Of a stretch of DNA of 64,000 nt, positions 10,081 to 22,928 are shown one piece after another (within the stretch, counting starts at the first letter, position 1; every line of letters starts with the position of its first letter). The DNA comes from Chrysemys picta bellii (taxonomy: Eukaryota): positions 41,850,001 to 41,914,000 of the forward strand of contig NC_088802.1 of assembly GCF_011386835.1 (NCBI RefSeq), read 5' to 3'. Position numbers and translations under genes: made by a program. Below the pieces are notes generated by a model that was not told the origin of the DNA, did no database searches, and was given only the letters and a program-made list of their open reading frames with translations.

Positions 10081-12097
10081 ATCTAAATAGACAAGGCACA
10101 CAAAGGGAGTGTTATTTTCCACTGTTCACAGATGAGGAGCTGAGAGCTGGGCCCAGAGGACTAGGCCTGATCTGGCGCTATTGAAGTCTAAGGGTTCAGT
10201 GAGAGCAGTGACTTTCCCAAGGTCACACAGAGAGTCGGTGGCAGAGACTGGAACTGAATCCAGGTCTCCTGAATCCCAGTCCAGTGCTTTAACCCCCAAA
10301 TCACCCCGCTTCCCTTTTCTAAGCAGTTCCTGTGGGGTTTGAAACCATTTCTCTCTTGTGGACTATAAGGACCAGCGTTTTATAGGTAGTTAGGTGCCTA
10401 TCTCCCATTTGAAATCAATTGGTGATAGGGACTTAAATACAGTACCTTTAACAATCTGACCTTAAATCGCTGTGCATTGCTTTGAAAACCTAGGGTTGTA
10501 GGTCTGAACAGAGCCCTCCTACTCCCCATCCAACATCCCCATTTTATAGCCTGAGAATCCTGTTGACCTCTTTGTGTGCATTAGCAGTTAAGGTCTTCAG
10601 CCTCCCCAAACCTGCTGGATTTGACTGATTTCTGTTGACTTTATGCCGTGAGAAAGTACATATGAAGTCAGTGACCTTTAATCCTGAAAAAATCCCATGT
10701 GTACCTAGAGCAGTGATAGGCAGCCTTTGGCTCTGGCCCCACGTGTGGCTGTGAGAGGCCAACAGATCTAAGAGGAGCATCTTATGCCCTACCTAGTCTT
10801 GGGCAGGTGGCCCAAGTCCTCTCCATAATGCACACAAAGTGGTGGGGAAAATGCTAAATCCTGGGATCCCTCTCCATCTTCCCAGCAGCCAGGAAGGAAG
10901 GGGCAAGCAGTTGATAGACCAAATTCATCCCTAATGTAATTTCATGGCAGTCAGTGGAGCTACACCCTGGATTTGCATGGCCCAGTATTTGCAGGCACCT
11001 TGCCGACAGCCAGAAAACAATCCCAGGTGCTCTCCTGACGCTGCTTCTCCATGGTAGCTTTCAGCGGTGGCATCAGGCTGGGATTGTGGTGGCCCCACGA
11101 TGTGACGTACACATTGCCCTTTCAGGATTAGTTTTGTGTCTCTGCAAGGCCTGCTGCTGCTGAAGTGGATTTCCAGGTCTCAGGGGCAGAGCGGTGGGAG
11201 AACCCCCTTCTTCTGGGATGTTTCTTCGTTCTGTCAGCAAATAAACAAACAATGGGGGTGGTGCCCTTTTGATTCTGGAGCAAAACACTCCAAGGCTTGT
11301 GAACCTTGATGTAAACTCACGGGAGTTAGTCGCCTCGTTTAGCATTGTGCTGTAGGCAGGCTAAGCACCATAAATTTCCTGGGCAAAAGTGTAATGCCTT
11401 TGGCCTAAATTAACACAGACACACGCTTCCTGCACTAAGCAAAAATCCCGTCTCAGCACGGCGGTTATGTTTTTAGTTTATCTACAGCTGCAGGCTCTGT
11501 TCAGAAGCCAGGTAATTAAGACATACAATGGATTGTTGTTGCCATTGTACATTTTGATTGAAGCGAGCACTAGCGTATCCCAGTCATTTCCACAACAAGG
11601 AGCCTGGACGATCTTTGTCCTGCCGCAACCAGCCCCGCTTTGAGGCAGCAGTTTTCCGTCTGGTGGAAGCCAGTTAGAGTGAAGTCATTTTTCCCAGCAC
11701 GGGTTGCTGTAAGATGAGGTTCTCCCCCTAGCTGGAATCCCCACGGGTAGTTTTCAAAGCGCTGAAGCAACTTGGGACTCATTGGAGCGCCGCTGTCTGT
11801 GAACTCACACGTCTACCTGAAATTCTGCCCCTGGCTATGAACTTCTAGAAGTTTGGCTAAAATGGGGCCCAGTGAGGAGACCAGCCCGCTGTAATGTTGC
11901 AAAAAAGAGTCCAAAACCCAACTGTTAGCAGAGCTGCTTCCCCAGCTCCCTGCAGCTGTCCCATCCTTCTTCAACTATAGGGCAATTCCACGCTGTGCCC
12001 AGATTTAAAATATCAAGTGGTATCTCGGAGGTCCCCTGCTCTCTGCTGACAGTGGGCACCGCTGTGCAGTGTGTAATCGCTGTCTTCTCTTCTCCAG

Positions 12098-12225
12098 GTA
12101 TCAAGGGGTCAGATGACAACGCCCTGACCCGCAGGCCAGCCCAGAGGCACCATCTGTCTTCCAGCAGCATCAACCTGGAAGAGGAGGAAGATATGCAGTG
12201 CATGATGGGCCCGCTGGCTGTCTGA
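12098..12225 (+). CDS. RNF157: RNF157 (E3 ubiquitin ligase) terminal coding exon, (G)IKGSDDNALTRRPAQRHHLSSSSINLEEEEDMQCMMGPLAV*
   Basis: Acceptor TCTTCTCTTCTCCAG at 12097. Translation matches the remembered human RNF157 tail (DDNA..AQRRRLSSSS..GPLAV*). Position upstream of FOXJ1 fits synteny. Upstream RNF157 exons were not found in the window. Confidence 0.9.
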
Positions 12226-14147
12226 AGAGACTCCACCCTCTCTGGGACTGCATGCTCATTTCAGCATCACACTGGAGGGAGGGCAAAGCCCCCCACCCAC
12301 CACACTTCCCCAGCACTAAAGAAACACAGAGCAGCAGCTCTGTGGGCATTAACACCTCAAATCCAGCCGATGTAGCGATACTGATTTTTACACAATTGAA
12401 CCTGGACGTCTCATTGCTCCTCTCTGTGGACCCTTTCCCGATATTTATGCTAAGACAAACCGGGCTCACCGTGATCACAGCAGAACCGGTTTTGTTTGAA
12501 TTAAGGAAGAGTGGCTACCCGGGTCTGAGGCTTTCCAGTCTCCTCCTGACATCTATCCACGTGCTGTAGCCAAGGGCTAGTTGGTTCTCTCTCCGCCCAC
12601 TCCTGTCCCCTTCAATGTGGTGACCAGGGAATAGGGGAGGAAAGAGCTGATGTTTTGCGCCCTTCCTCCACTCCTGCCTCTTCTCTACAGTCTTCACTGA
12701 TAGTTTGAGCTCTAGCTTCTCAGCTGGGCCCCAGGGCAGCGCTGAAAGGTCTGCGTGCATGACCCCGCAGGAGATGTTCCAGGGTGGGAGGTCTGCATGA
12801 CAGCGAGGGCCTCCCGCCGGGGAAGTGGGGGAGGGGAACGAGCGTTCGTCTCCGGGTTGGAGAGGTGGGCGCCGCCTGCACTTGGCGGTTGGTTAAGAGA
12901 GGAGCATGACTGGGAGCAAGCCTAGCTGCCCATGGGCAGGCTCTCCCTCCCGTGTCCATCTGCATGTAGCTCACATTCATCTACCTCGCAAGCGTGCAGT
13001 ATCCACCTCGCTCGCTCAGCTACACGCACTCTGCCGGTGTAAATTTCCCTAAGGCCTGAGCCATGTAAGGCTAAATCCTGATCTCATTAAAGTCAATGGG
13101 AACGTGGCCATTGCCTTCAGTGGGACCAGGATTCGGCTGCCCGTGCTCGTGATGATCCTCCGAGGGGCAGGCTCGCACACACCCATGGGGACATCTGTGC
13201 TGGTGCATGCAAGCAGGTGAGCTTACGAATGAGGGCTGGCATACCTGAGTAGGTGCACTTAAGCGTGCAAAAGACCATGCATATGTAGGCTTATGTACAT
13301 GCCAGCATGCATGGACCCTGAAGCACGTATGTGCACGTGGGTGTGAGTGCATATTCACATTTGCTCAGCCCTCCCTTGCCCTGCCAGTTGGTGATATCTT
13401 TACCCCGACACCGACACGTGAGGATCAAGCCTCCAAATTCGTGCTTTAAATGCGGCTGATTTCACACCTTCAAAATATCCCCTCGGTCCCCCTTACCCTC
13501 CTCCCTCTGCCATCCTGCAGCTCCAGGCCTTTCTTCCTGCTGCAAAACCAACCCAAGCAATAACCCAGCTCCCCTGCTCTGAGCCATGACTCAGCAAGAG
13601 ATCAGAGGAAGGGCAATTATTGGCCTGGAAGTGGGGGCTCACTTCTTAATCTTCAGCCTTTGCTTCTGTCTGGTATTTAACTAGAGGATCTGGGGCAGGG
13701 AAATGGTAACCTAGTTCCCTACAATGAAAGCCACAGCAGGGGCCCAACAGCCAGCCTCTCAGAGATGGTGAAGGGACTTTTCCACATCCTCCAAACTGCC
13801 GCCATGCTGGCTCCATTCGTCTCAGCTGGAGGGGGCTCAGCGCCAGCCGACGCCCCTCTGTCCTGAACAATTGCAGGGACAAACTCAGCCCCTCTCTTTG
13901 TTCCTTCTCTCTAAAGCACCTTGCAGAGAGCGTCGGCAAACAAGGACGTGTGCGCTGCGTCGCCCCCCGACCTCCGACCGCTGGTACCGTTCCTCCCACT
14001 CCACCCCCACTTTTCACTCCTCGGTTTTTCTTTCGATTTCTGACCTGTTAGTCTTGGAGCAGCGTGGCGAAGGGCACAGATTGAGCCCGGGGGGGGCTTT
14101 AAGAATGCAGGATAAGGCGGGGCAAAGCATAGCAGACCCTCAGCGGC

Positions 14148-14560
14148 CAGGGCCGGTGCAAGGAAGTTTCACGCCCTAGGCGAAACTTCCACCTTGCGCC
14201 CCCCCTGCCCCCCAGCCCTGCGGCAGCTCCCCACCCCCCTCCACCCTGAGGCTCCCGCCCGCCCTGAGACGCCCCCCGTGGCAGCTCCCCCCCTCGCCCT
14301 GAGGCACTCCCCCGCAGCAGCTCCCCACTCCCCGACACGGGGATCCGTGCGGAAGCTCTGACCCAGGGGTTCCCCTGGGCTGCTGGTGGCGCACTGACCC
14401 AGGGGAACCCCTGGGTTGCCTGCCGACAGCTCAGACGCCCTCTCCCTCCCAGGGCAGTGGCCGCTGTAAAAAAAAAATTGGGGGCGCCGCTTTTTGGCGC
14501 CCCCAAATCTTGGCGCCCTAGGCAACCGCCTAGTTGGCCTAAATGGTAGCACCAGCCCTG
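14148..14560. mobile_element. hAT MITE (same family as 4409-5047) inside the predicted RNF157 3'UTR
   Basis: Shared ends CAGGGCCGGTGCAAG..GCCCTAGGCGAAACTT and GGCGCCCCCAAATCTTGGCGCCCTAGGCAACCGCCTAG. TSD TCAGCGGC/CCAGCGGC. Confidence 0.92.
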
Positions 14561-15220
14561 CCAGCGGCCTGTGGAGTGAAGTGATCAGCCTCCAACCATT
14601 CAGCTTGCCCTTGGGACAGAGGGAAGGCCCGGGCTTCTCCCGCAGTTACCAAGGGGCCCTTTGAGAAGCCCGAGGGCAGGTGCAGACGGGATGCCAGGAA
14701 TCATCTGAGTCTTTGTTATATTTCCTACCCGAAATACCCCTCAATAAAAACACTGCCGCAATCGACAGTAGTAGTAGTCGTAGCTTTTTGGGAGTTGGAG
14801 CCTTTTGGCCCATTGCTGTAGAATCCGATAGATGAACCAATAGCAGACAGAACCCCCCTCTCCCCTCCCCCCCCCCCCGTGTCTTCTCTATGCTCTGTTT
14901 TCTCCATGCTACAGCTGTGTCTCCAGTGCGGGCTGAGCGTGATGGACCCCACGTTTCTGGGGCCTCGGCTCTTTCCCGCAGGAGGAGGAAGGCGGTCAGA
15001 CCCGAGGTCATGCATGTCTGTGACTCTCACCATGCAGAGCCCAGAGTGATCCTTGGAGCAGAACGCGGGTGGCACGATCCCAACCTGCAACGGCAGAGTG
15101 ATTCTATTCCTGCGGGTGCATGCACCAGGGTGGGGGGGATGTACACCCCGTATACACACCGGTGCACTTGGCAAAGGCCGTGATGCAATATGTACTTATT
15201 GCTGCATGGTTCTAACAGTG

Positions 15221-15226
15221 AATAAA
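15221..15226 (+). terminator. Probable RNF157 polyadenylation signal (3'UTR ~12226-15245)
   Basis: AATAAA with upstream TGTA (15191) and downstream GU-rich TTGTGGGTTGTGTTTG (~15261). A second AATAAA lies at 14743-14748. Confidence 0.55.
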
Positions 15227-18200
15227 CCTGTTTACATGGGAGGTGCAGCCACTAGTTGGAATTGTGGGTTGTGTTTGCACAGGGAAGGGGTCCGTTGCCT
15301 TTACAGTTTTCTGGTCCATTTTTACCTTTTCTAAGACGCCGGGCCAGGGCTCAGCCAGTGCTACTCCTGCTTCCTCTGGGCAAAGAGCTCTTATCCCTTT
15401 AGGCTCTTGAAATCTGCTGAACAGCTGCACGTTCCACTGAAGCCAATGGGGGCTGCAGGTGTTTGGAATCTGGCCCTTAAGAAACAGCTTCCATGTTGCA
15501 TTTCTGTGGCAGGATTTCCCCTTGGCCTGAGTGACCAGCTAAGGGGAGGGGATCCCCAATCTCTCCAAAGGCTAAAGATTCTGCCTGACAGGGGCAGCCC
15601 AAAGCACACAAATTGTAACTTGTAGTGCTGGGCAGCACGTCCCATCGGTGCAGGTTAAGGCCAAAGCTGACCCGCTGCAGGGTAATATGGTAAACTCAGT
15701 TTCTGTTGCTCTCTCAGGAAAGATCCCAGTATGGGAACTCTGGTTTTGGGTTTGAATTTTAAAACTCAAGTGGATCTCGAGGTCGGTTGAGGGCTCCTGG
15801 CAAGCTGCCATGGTGGCCCTCTCTCACCTGGTCAGTTTCTGCCCTGCCCCATACTCTCCAGCTTTTGCATCCGGCTCTAGGGCAGATTTCCTGTTCTCAC
15901 CAGTGAGACAACACTTCAGCCTCCTTGGTGGAGACTCACGGGAGCCCAGTCTGAGCAGCCATACCAGAGCTGGGTGCTGGCTGGAAATCAAGAGTCTTAT
16001 CATTGAGCAGATGGTAAAGACCAGGGCTGGCTCGGTTGTAGCATAAACAAGGTGACCAAGTCAGGGGTTTTCCACTTTATCTGCTCTAGGACTCTCAGGT
16101 CTCCTGCCTCCCACTGCTAGTGTGTGTCCCAGAGAGACTGGGGAGGGGTTACCAGGCCAGATTCCTTGGCTGCAGCATTCTTTCTAGGCAGTGCATGGAG
16201 CAGGTTTAGCAGCCATTGTTTATTCTGCTCTGCCAGTCAGAATTGAAGTGACACATAGTAATTACAGTATAAGGGGAGGGTAGGAGGGTCTGGGTCATAT
16301 TAGCTGGTTAGATGATTGAGTCATTACACCAGTGGAGTAATTCCACTTCAATTGGTGGAGTAACTCCAGATTTGCCCTGGTGGAATTGAGAGCATCATAT
16401 GGCCCACTGGATAATGAAGCTTTTTGTTGCTGGGAGGAAAAGCCAGCCCATTCAGGGGAACCTGAGGGTTTCTGCTTCCCAGCATCCCTGCATTATACGC
16501 TAGCACCAGCGTACTTGGAAGGATAACAATGAACCTAGGATGGCTACATTACATGCTTACCAAGGCTTTCTCTCTCCTGGCTTAAAAGGGGACATAAAGA
16601 ACTCTTGGGGCCTGTTTCATCAGGGGCATGGAGAGCGGGAGTCCTGGTGCATTGCAGGGGCAGTTCTCCTGGACTGGGAAGGAATGAAGGGGTCTTTGCT
16701 CTTTGCCTTTTCTGACAACCAAGTTCTGGAAGAGAGTGTCTATTACGTTTAACAGAGACCGTTAAACCAGCTGAGCCTGTCTGAGCCACGCAGGGAGCTG
16801 CAGAACAGCAGCGAAGGAATAGGGAAATGGAGCTCCGCCTAAGGTACTCACATGAAGTGACTGCTTAAGCTGGTAGTATAGGGTGATTCCTCACTTCACC
16901 TTTAGCTTACTGCTATAAACTGAACGTGTGAATGAATCTGGGTGACCAGGTGGGCTGACGTATTGTAGCAACCTTCCCCCATGAGAGACGTGGGTTCACA
17001 TTCAGTTTGGCAGCATTACAGTAATTCCTACTGGGGAACTCTGTCTACCTGATGGGCATTTGGTGCTCAGCTGAGATCCTTTGGAAGAGCCATTTGGGTG
17101 ATCAGCATTACCCTGCTGGGTGGTTTGCAGGCAAGTGTCGGGCAGGCTGGCAGAGCTTTCCAGGGGAAGCTTAATGACCCCTTGCCACAAGTGAAGAGAC
17201 ACTCATCCCAGCCATTTCTAGTGGAGTGGTTCTCCAGCTGTGGACCAGGACCCACCGGTGACAGGGGGGCCCTTCTTGGTGGGTCAAAGAACAAAACATT
17301 TTGAGCTGCCAGCAATGGGCGACAGAGGTTTGGAGGAGACCTGGGTTCCTGGGCGTGGGGGATCTAACTCTTAGAGTACTTAACAAATAGGGAAAGTTGA
17401 AGAGCTAAGGCTAGCAAGGAGGTTCAACTCCTTGGGATGCACAGCACTGTCTTGATAGTGCTTGTGTCTCCTGGAGCAAGGTCCTAGTGCTACCAGCCAT
17501 TCACAGATGCACTTGCTGGTGCTCTTTGCTCACTGCTCAGCCTAATTAACCTAGATCTTCATCTGTCATGAATCTGAGAAGAAAGGAAACCAGTTCCAAA
17601 TCTTGCTTCAAGCATGTTCTTGGTGGTTAAAAGTATGTTTAATGAAAGGTTATTGGGCATCTGTTAAGGGCCAAAAATCTTCTCTCCGTGACACTGAAGG
17701 AAATTCAGAATAACTTTACTGACTTCAGCTGAGTTCTCCAGATTTACGGGGTGCAGTTGAAAGCAGGCTTGGGCCCTTGTATCTCAGCCAGGTCGCCAGC
17801 CAGACAAAACCTGCATGAGCCAGTTTTTCAATCACCTTTCTGTGTGTGGGCAGAGACGTTTGGCATTATAAAGAGACATGCAGCATGAGGGAGCACGAAT
17901 GGGGATGTTTTGCTCACCCTTTTCTTAGCTGTGACGATCAGAAAGCTCAGATAAGGAAGAAGCTCCTTTCCCTGTAAGCTCTGAATGGTTTCTCTTCCTA
18001 GCGATGAAATGGATCTAGAGGTTTTGGTTGGAACATCTGGTACAATGCTGTTCAGCAAGGCAGAATGCAGCTGACCCATGATGACTCAGCTGCCGGGTCT
18101 ATCTGCAGGTCTGGGTCACTGACAGAATGTAGTGATCGCTTACAATCAGCAGGTGGCATGCATTAGTCAGAAACATGGCCGAGGATTAGGCAGAGGATGA

Positions 18201-18519
18201 ACGGCCCCGCATTCTTGCACAAGGGGTCGAAATTATTCTACATTAGTCACTTCTCCCTGACCCAGAGGAGAGAGGGGACGCAAAAAAAGGAGTGTTATAA
18301 AGGGCGGGGAAAGAGCAAAAAAGAGGTTGAGAGCCCACAACGAAGGCTGTGATCAACTCTAAGTAAAGTATGACTGATGAAAGAAAACGAATGGAATGAT
18401 TCTGTGCGCGTAGGACAGGGGGAGTTTGATGCTGATGAGTAATTACTAAACCATACTTTGCATGTCTATAGCACCTGCCATCGATGGAGTGCAAAGCCCT
18501 GTAAAGGAACTGATGGATG

Positions 18520-18810
18520 TTACTTAGATTGTAAGCTCTTTGGGGCAGTGGCCCCAACCCGGGGGTGTGTGTTTGTACAGCGCCTAGCACAACGGGGCCC
18601 TGGTCCATAACTGGATGCCTAGAGATTACTGCAATACAAATAAATAATGATCATCCCAATATCCCTTTGAAGTAGGTCTGTATTATTATCCCACTTGTGG
18701 GGAAACTGAGGCACCGAGTGAGTAAGTGACTTGCTCATTGGTCACCCAGAAAACCTGTGGTAGATGAAAGACTAGAGACTAGATCCCTTTGAGTCTCAGT
18801 CTTGCCCTGT
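18520..18810 (+). repeat. L2/MIR-type relic (L2-like tail followed by CORE-SINE segment)
   Basis: GATTGTAAGCTCTTTGGGGCAG...GTACAGCGCCTAGCACAA, then ATTATTATCCC..GGGAAACTGAGGCAC. Confidence 0.65.
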
Positions 18811-19164
18811 TGCTTGGATACTGTATCACTGGGGGGAGAGGGAGTGAGCTAATCTGTGTGGCATTAACATTGTGTCTCCTTTTAAAGCTGGGCATTTTAT
18901 GTTAAAAGGGAAACGCTGATTATCATGCCCCACAGGAATGGGTTTCCTCTCTATTGATCTCGGAGACTGGGGAACAATCACATCAGGGCCAAATCTGGAG
19001 AGACGGGCTCACGATTTAACTTACTTCGACTCAGATGAGCTCCCATTAACTTCAGAGGAAGTTTCCCCTTCGTAGGGATGGAGCTGTTGCAGGGTAAGGA
19101 CGACAGGATTTCCCCTGTAATGACTGGCTGGGAATCCCCGGGAAGCAAGGCTGCCCGTACCCAG

Positions 19165-19415
19165 GGCTTGTCTTCACGTACAGTGCTGCCGAGGCACAAC
19201 TACAGTGCTTTAATAGAGATGCTACTATGCTAGGCATAATGAATCCACCTCCCCGAGAGGCGGTAGCTATGTTGGCGGGAGGAGCTCTCCAGTTGACCTA
19301 GTGCTGTCTACGTGGGGCATTAGGTGGGTATAACTACATCGCTCAGGGGGGTGAATTTTTCACACCCCCGAGGAACATAGTGATGCTGATGTACGTTTGT
19401 AGTGTAGACCTGGCC
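19165..19415. mobile_element. Non-autonomous Harbinger/PIF element
   Basis: Right TIR TAGTGTAGACCTGGCC followed by TAA. Degenerate left TIR GGCTTGTCTTCAC. Confidence 0.7.
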
Positions 19416-20359
19416 TAACAAACCCACCTGGTCTCTGGAGGTTTAAGGGCCTCCCTGATTCCTAGTGAAGAAGCACAAGGAATTAGGGTTCTTTATGGGG
19501 GACCAGGTACGTTCTGAGTGGCACCCGGAGTGTTGTGCTGGGAGCACAAAGGAGCATGGAGAAAAGCAACATCTTATTTAAGGAAGGCCCCGTATCATAC
19601 CCCCTCCTGGGTGGTTCCGCGAGCTCTAACCCGCCCCAACGTCCTGCTTGCTGACCACAAGGCAGTTGCTGTGGTGAAGCTCTCAGGTTGTCTCTGATGG
19701 AGCCAGGAAGAAAAATCATTTTCTGTAGGATTTGCATTAAGTATAAAGCAGCCACTCACAGGCTGTCTCCCGGTCCATGTGCTGCCCACCCTGCTGCAGA
19801 GATACATTCCCTGAGTGGCACAGGACACTTCAGCTGGTTTATTAAAAGCATTATTAAATTATTAAAACCCCAGAGTCCGATTTTGCTTAAACACAAACCT
19901 CCATTCCAAACTGCGTACGAACTTGAAAACGTTTAGCAGGGTGCCTTGGCTGCCCAGGTGCTTGGTAACTGCTTAGATGCCACGAGAAAGGACTGAGGCT
20001 TTGTGAGAACTTCCAAAATCGACTCAGTAGCGAGGTGCATAAACAAAGCGCTTTATTGATCACTTCTGTACTGCCTGCCTGTGTCTGCGTTCACTTTCCC
20101 CCCACACACACACCTTCCCACCAGTAGGAGCGCTAGTGTAGACAGGGCTGCAGGTTCTAACCCCTGTCTTGTCTAACCCTGCACGGAGCAGCTCTAAGGT
20201 GACACGGAGGTTAGAACACCCTCAGCTGCTAGTGCTTTGTTCACACTAGAGTGCCCCCTTTTGCTAGCATGGGTAGAGCTGGATCAACGGATGCAAAGGT
20301 AGGGAATTTTAGGGAGTGCAGGGATGGAGAAAACAGAAAAGACCTAAGAGCATCCACAT

Positions 20360-20512
20360 GAGGTGATGGAATCTCCATCATTGGAAGTTTTTAAGAGCAG
20401 GTTAGACAAACACCTGTCAGGGAAGGCCTAGATAATACTTCGTCCTGCCATGAGTGCCGGGGACTGGAGAAGTTGACCTCTCGAGGGCCCTTCCAGTTCT
20501 ATGATTCTATGA
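20360..20512 (+). mobile_element. CR1 3' end fragment
   Basis: GGAATCTCCATCATTGGAAGTTTTTAAGAGCAGGTTAGACAAACACCTG...TTCTATGATTCTATGA. Confidence 0.85.
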
Positions 20513-22649
20513 GCATTGGCATAACACCCAATGCCTCGCCCCAGCAATGCATGTGTTGTGCTCACTGGAAAACCTGAGATGGATTCTCTGCTGGGTCGCC
20601 TCCCCTTTGGTTGGTCCAGAGTCCTGGGCATGAGTATGGAGGGGATGGTCCTAGGCTATCACAAGGTGCTCTTTCAAACATGCTCCTTAGCTGCCGCTCC
20701 CAGGTTGTTCACAGGCTGCTTTGGAGGCCTGGGGGACCAGAGCTGTTATCCCACAGGGATTTGGAGAATCAAAGGATGAAAGTAAATTTACCTTACCCTG
20801 ATTTTCCTGCTTTATTTTTCGCACTGGGGCAGCACCTTGGGTGTCCCAGGGGAACACCCCCACCTCACACACACACACACTGCCTGCATGGTATAGCGCA
20901 ACCTGCACTGTTTGCTTGTGGGTAGGGTGGGTCAAGACCCCTCTGTGCCAGATCTGCAGATGGTGTGAGTCTGGTACAGCCCCAGCAGAGCAGTAGCACA
21001 TGCTTTTAGCTCTGCAGGCTCCCTGTGCGTCAGCCAAGATAGCAGCCGTCACATTCATATAGGAATGGGTTGGGCCCAATCCATCCCTGGTGGGACTCTG
21101 CGGCGCATGGCTGGCGAGGATGCATCGTATGATGCTGTTGTATGGAAGTCGCTATGCAAACCCCAGTGGTACAGCATTGGGGCGGTTGTTCTCCAGTTTC
21201 AGGAAGAGATCAGAAGCTGCTGATCACTATCACGGGACAAGGAGTGGCCGGCAAATATCAGCACTGACCGGCCTGCATCTCCACAGTAATTCAGTGAACT
21301 TCCTTGACACGGCTTAGGAGCTGAAGGAAAACCAGGGCCACACAGTCTCCGCCCTTCCCTCCCCTTCCAGTCCTTCACCGGAGGGGAGTTTTGTTTATCC
21401 CTTTCGCTTCCCCCATGGTGCAGCCCAGTTGCAGCGCTGAAATGACTGATTAAAAGGGATTTGGGCTGCCAGGAATGTGTGGCCATGTTGCCGTCCCATT
21501 GGAGGGTGGGCCCAGATGCAGAGCTGAGGGCCAGCAACCCTTGCATACTAAACTCCACCTCAGAGCTCCAGCTAACCTGGGGCAGTGCTGGGCTTAGGGA
21601 AGCGTCTCCCACTCACCCATGTTGGCTGTACCGGGGAATGTGCTGTGGAGAGCACTATGCTTTTCTCTCTTGAGCGGGAGTTATTTTTCATTAAGGACTC
21701 TTAGAATAACTGGCTTGTGGGGGCAGCGGGGCAGGGAGTCATTATGGGGGAATGTGACTGTAACTGTCTTAATTAAAGCATGGAAGAACCCAGCAGCCCC
21801 TTTGATTGAGGGGTCTGTCAGCCCCTCACCCCCCCTTCAGCTTTCTGCCTGAGCTAATGACTTCAGGTTACACACAGAGGTCACAGCTTCATAGAGCCCA
21901 GGCAGGTAAGTGGAAAAGGGGCCCATTTCCTCCCAGATGCCAACTCCACTGACTGCAACAGGGCTGCCGCAGGGGTGAATTGGGCCTCCAAATGCTTAGC
22001 AGCATGAAAGACTTGCTATTAATTCCTTCTCCAGCAAGGAGAGAGCCTCGGGAAGAGTGGGGACCTCTGCGCAGGAATGCTGCCTCCCCCCTTCATCCTC
22101 TCCCAGCAGCAGACAGGGTAGGCAATTGGAAAGAAGCCCCCTTCCCTGGGCAGCAAGAAGGGGCCGGTAAATGGAGTTTAACTGGGCAGAGGAGATCCCG
22201 AAATTTGTCCCCAGGGAGTGGCGAGCCGAGGGTTTAAATCATTCCCTTCTTTTCAAGGCATCCATCATTCTGGTTGTCAAGTTGGGGAGGTTTTGGCCGC
22301 AGTTTCTTTAGCATCCCGATGAAGAATAGGCATCTGTGAGCTATTTCAACTGGACTTTAATTTGTCTTAATGAAACTCAGAGCAGTCATCCCACCTGGCC
22401 CCTCTTTTGCTGCTACCGCGTAAATCAGTGGACGGCGATCCCCCACATACCAGCTCCATCCCCTTAGAAAACAAACCGGGCCCAGTCTCAGCTGGGGATT
22501 TCGATGGGTGTTCTTTCCTAGCCTCCAGATGTTAAACATTCCGATCCGCCAACAACAACTTACTAAGGAAAGGGGGAGAGGAAAGAGGGGGAAGAAGAAA
22601 ATAAAAAGTTTGGGCAAAGTGGCAGAACTGCAGATGAAACTGGCAAGTG

Positions 22650-22730
22650 ACTGAGCTCTCCATGGAGATCAGTGGGCCAATGGCAAGGATGGAAGCTGTT
22701 TATAGGGGAGGAGCGTCTCCATAGCATCCA
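22650..22730 (+). promoter_or_regulatory. Candidate FOXJ1 core promoter: X-box-like CTCTCCATGGAGAT (22656), CCAAT (~22676), TATA-like TTTATAG (~22699), X-box-like GTCTCCATAGCATC (22715)
   Basis: Motifs read directly from sequence, ~200 bp upstream of a strong donor CAG|GTAAGG at 22928/22929. RFX regulation of FOXJ1 is established. No TSS data. Confidence 0.45.
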
Positions 22731-22928
22731 GCGAAGCCTTTTTGAGCAGCTACTTAATGACAGTCATTCTGCTGCTTACAAATCACTGCAGCTCTGCAAT
22801 AAAGGAGCTCTGGCAGAGCTTTGGGTAATAATTTATCCAAGGGGGGGAAAAGTAGAAATTCCCTTTTTTCCAGAACATTCCTGCTGAGCTGTGAACTTTG
22901 GAAGCCGTGGGACTGTGATAAGGATCAG
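22730..22928 (+). other. FOXJ1: Putative FOXJ1 non-coding exon 1 (5' boundary approximate)
   Basis: Donor CAG|GTAAGG at 22929 pairs with acceptor CTTCCTGTTGTTCTTGCAG at 24116. An alternative donor GTAAGT lies at 23068. Confidence 0.45.

Noticed and set aside
19608-19616. GLI-like TGGGTGGTT upstream of FOXJ1
   Set aside because: An isolated 8/9 match. An identical 9-mer occurs at ~52167, so it is consistent with chance.
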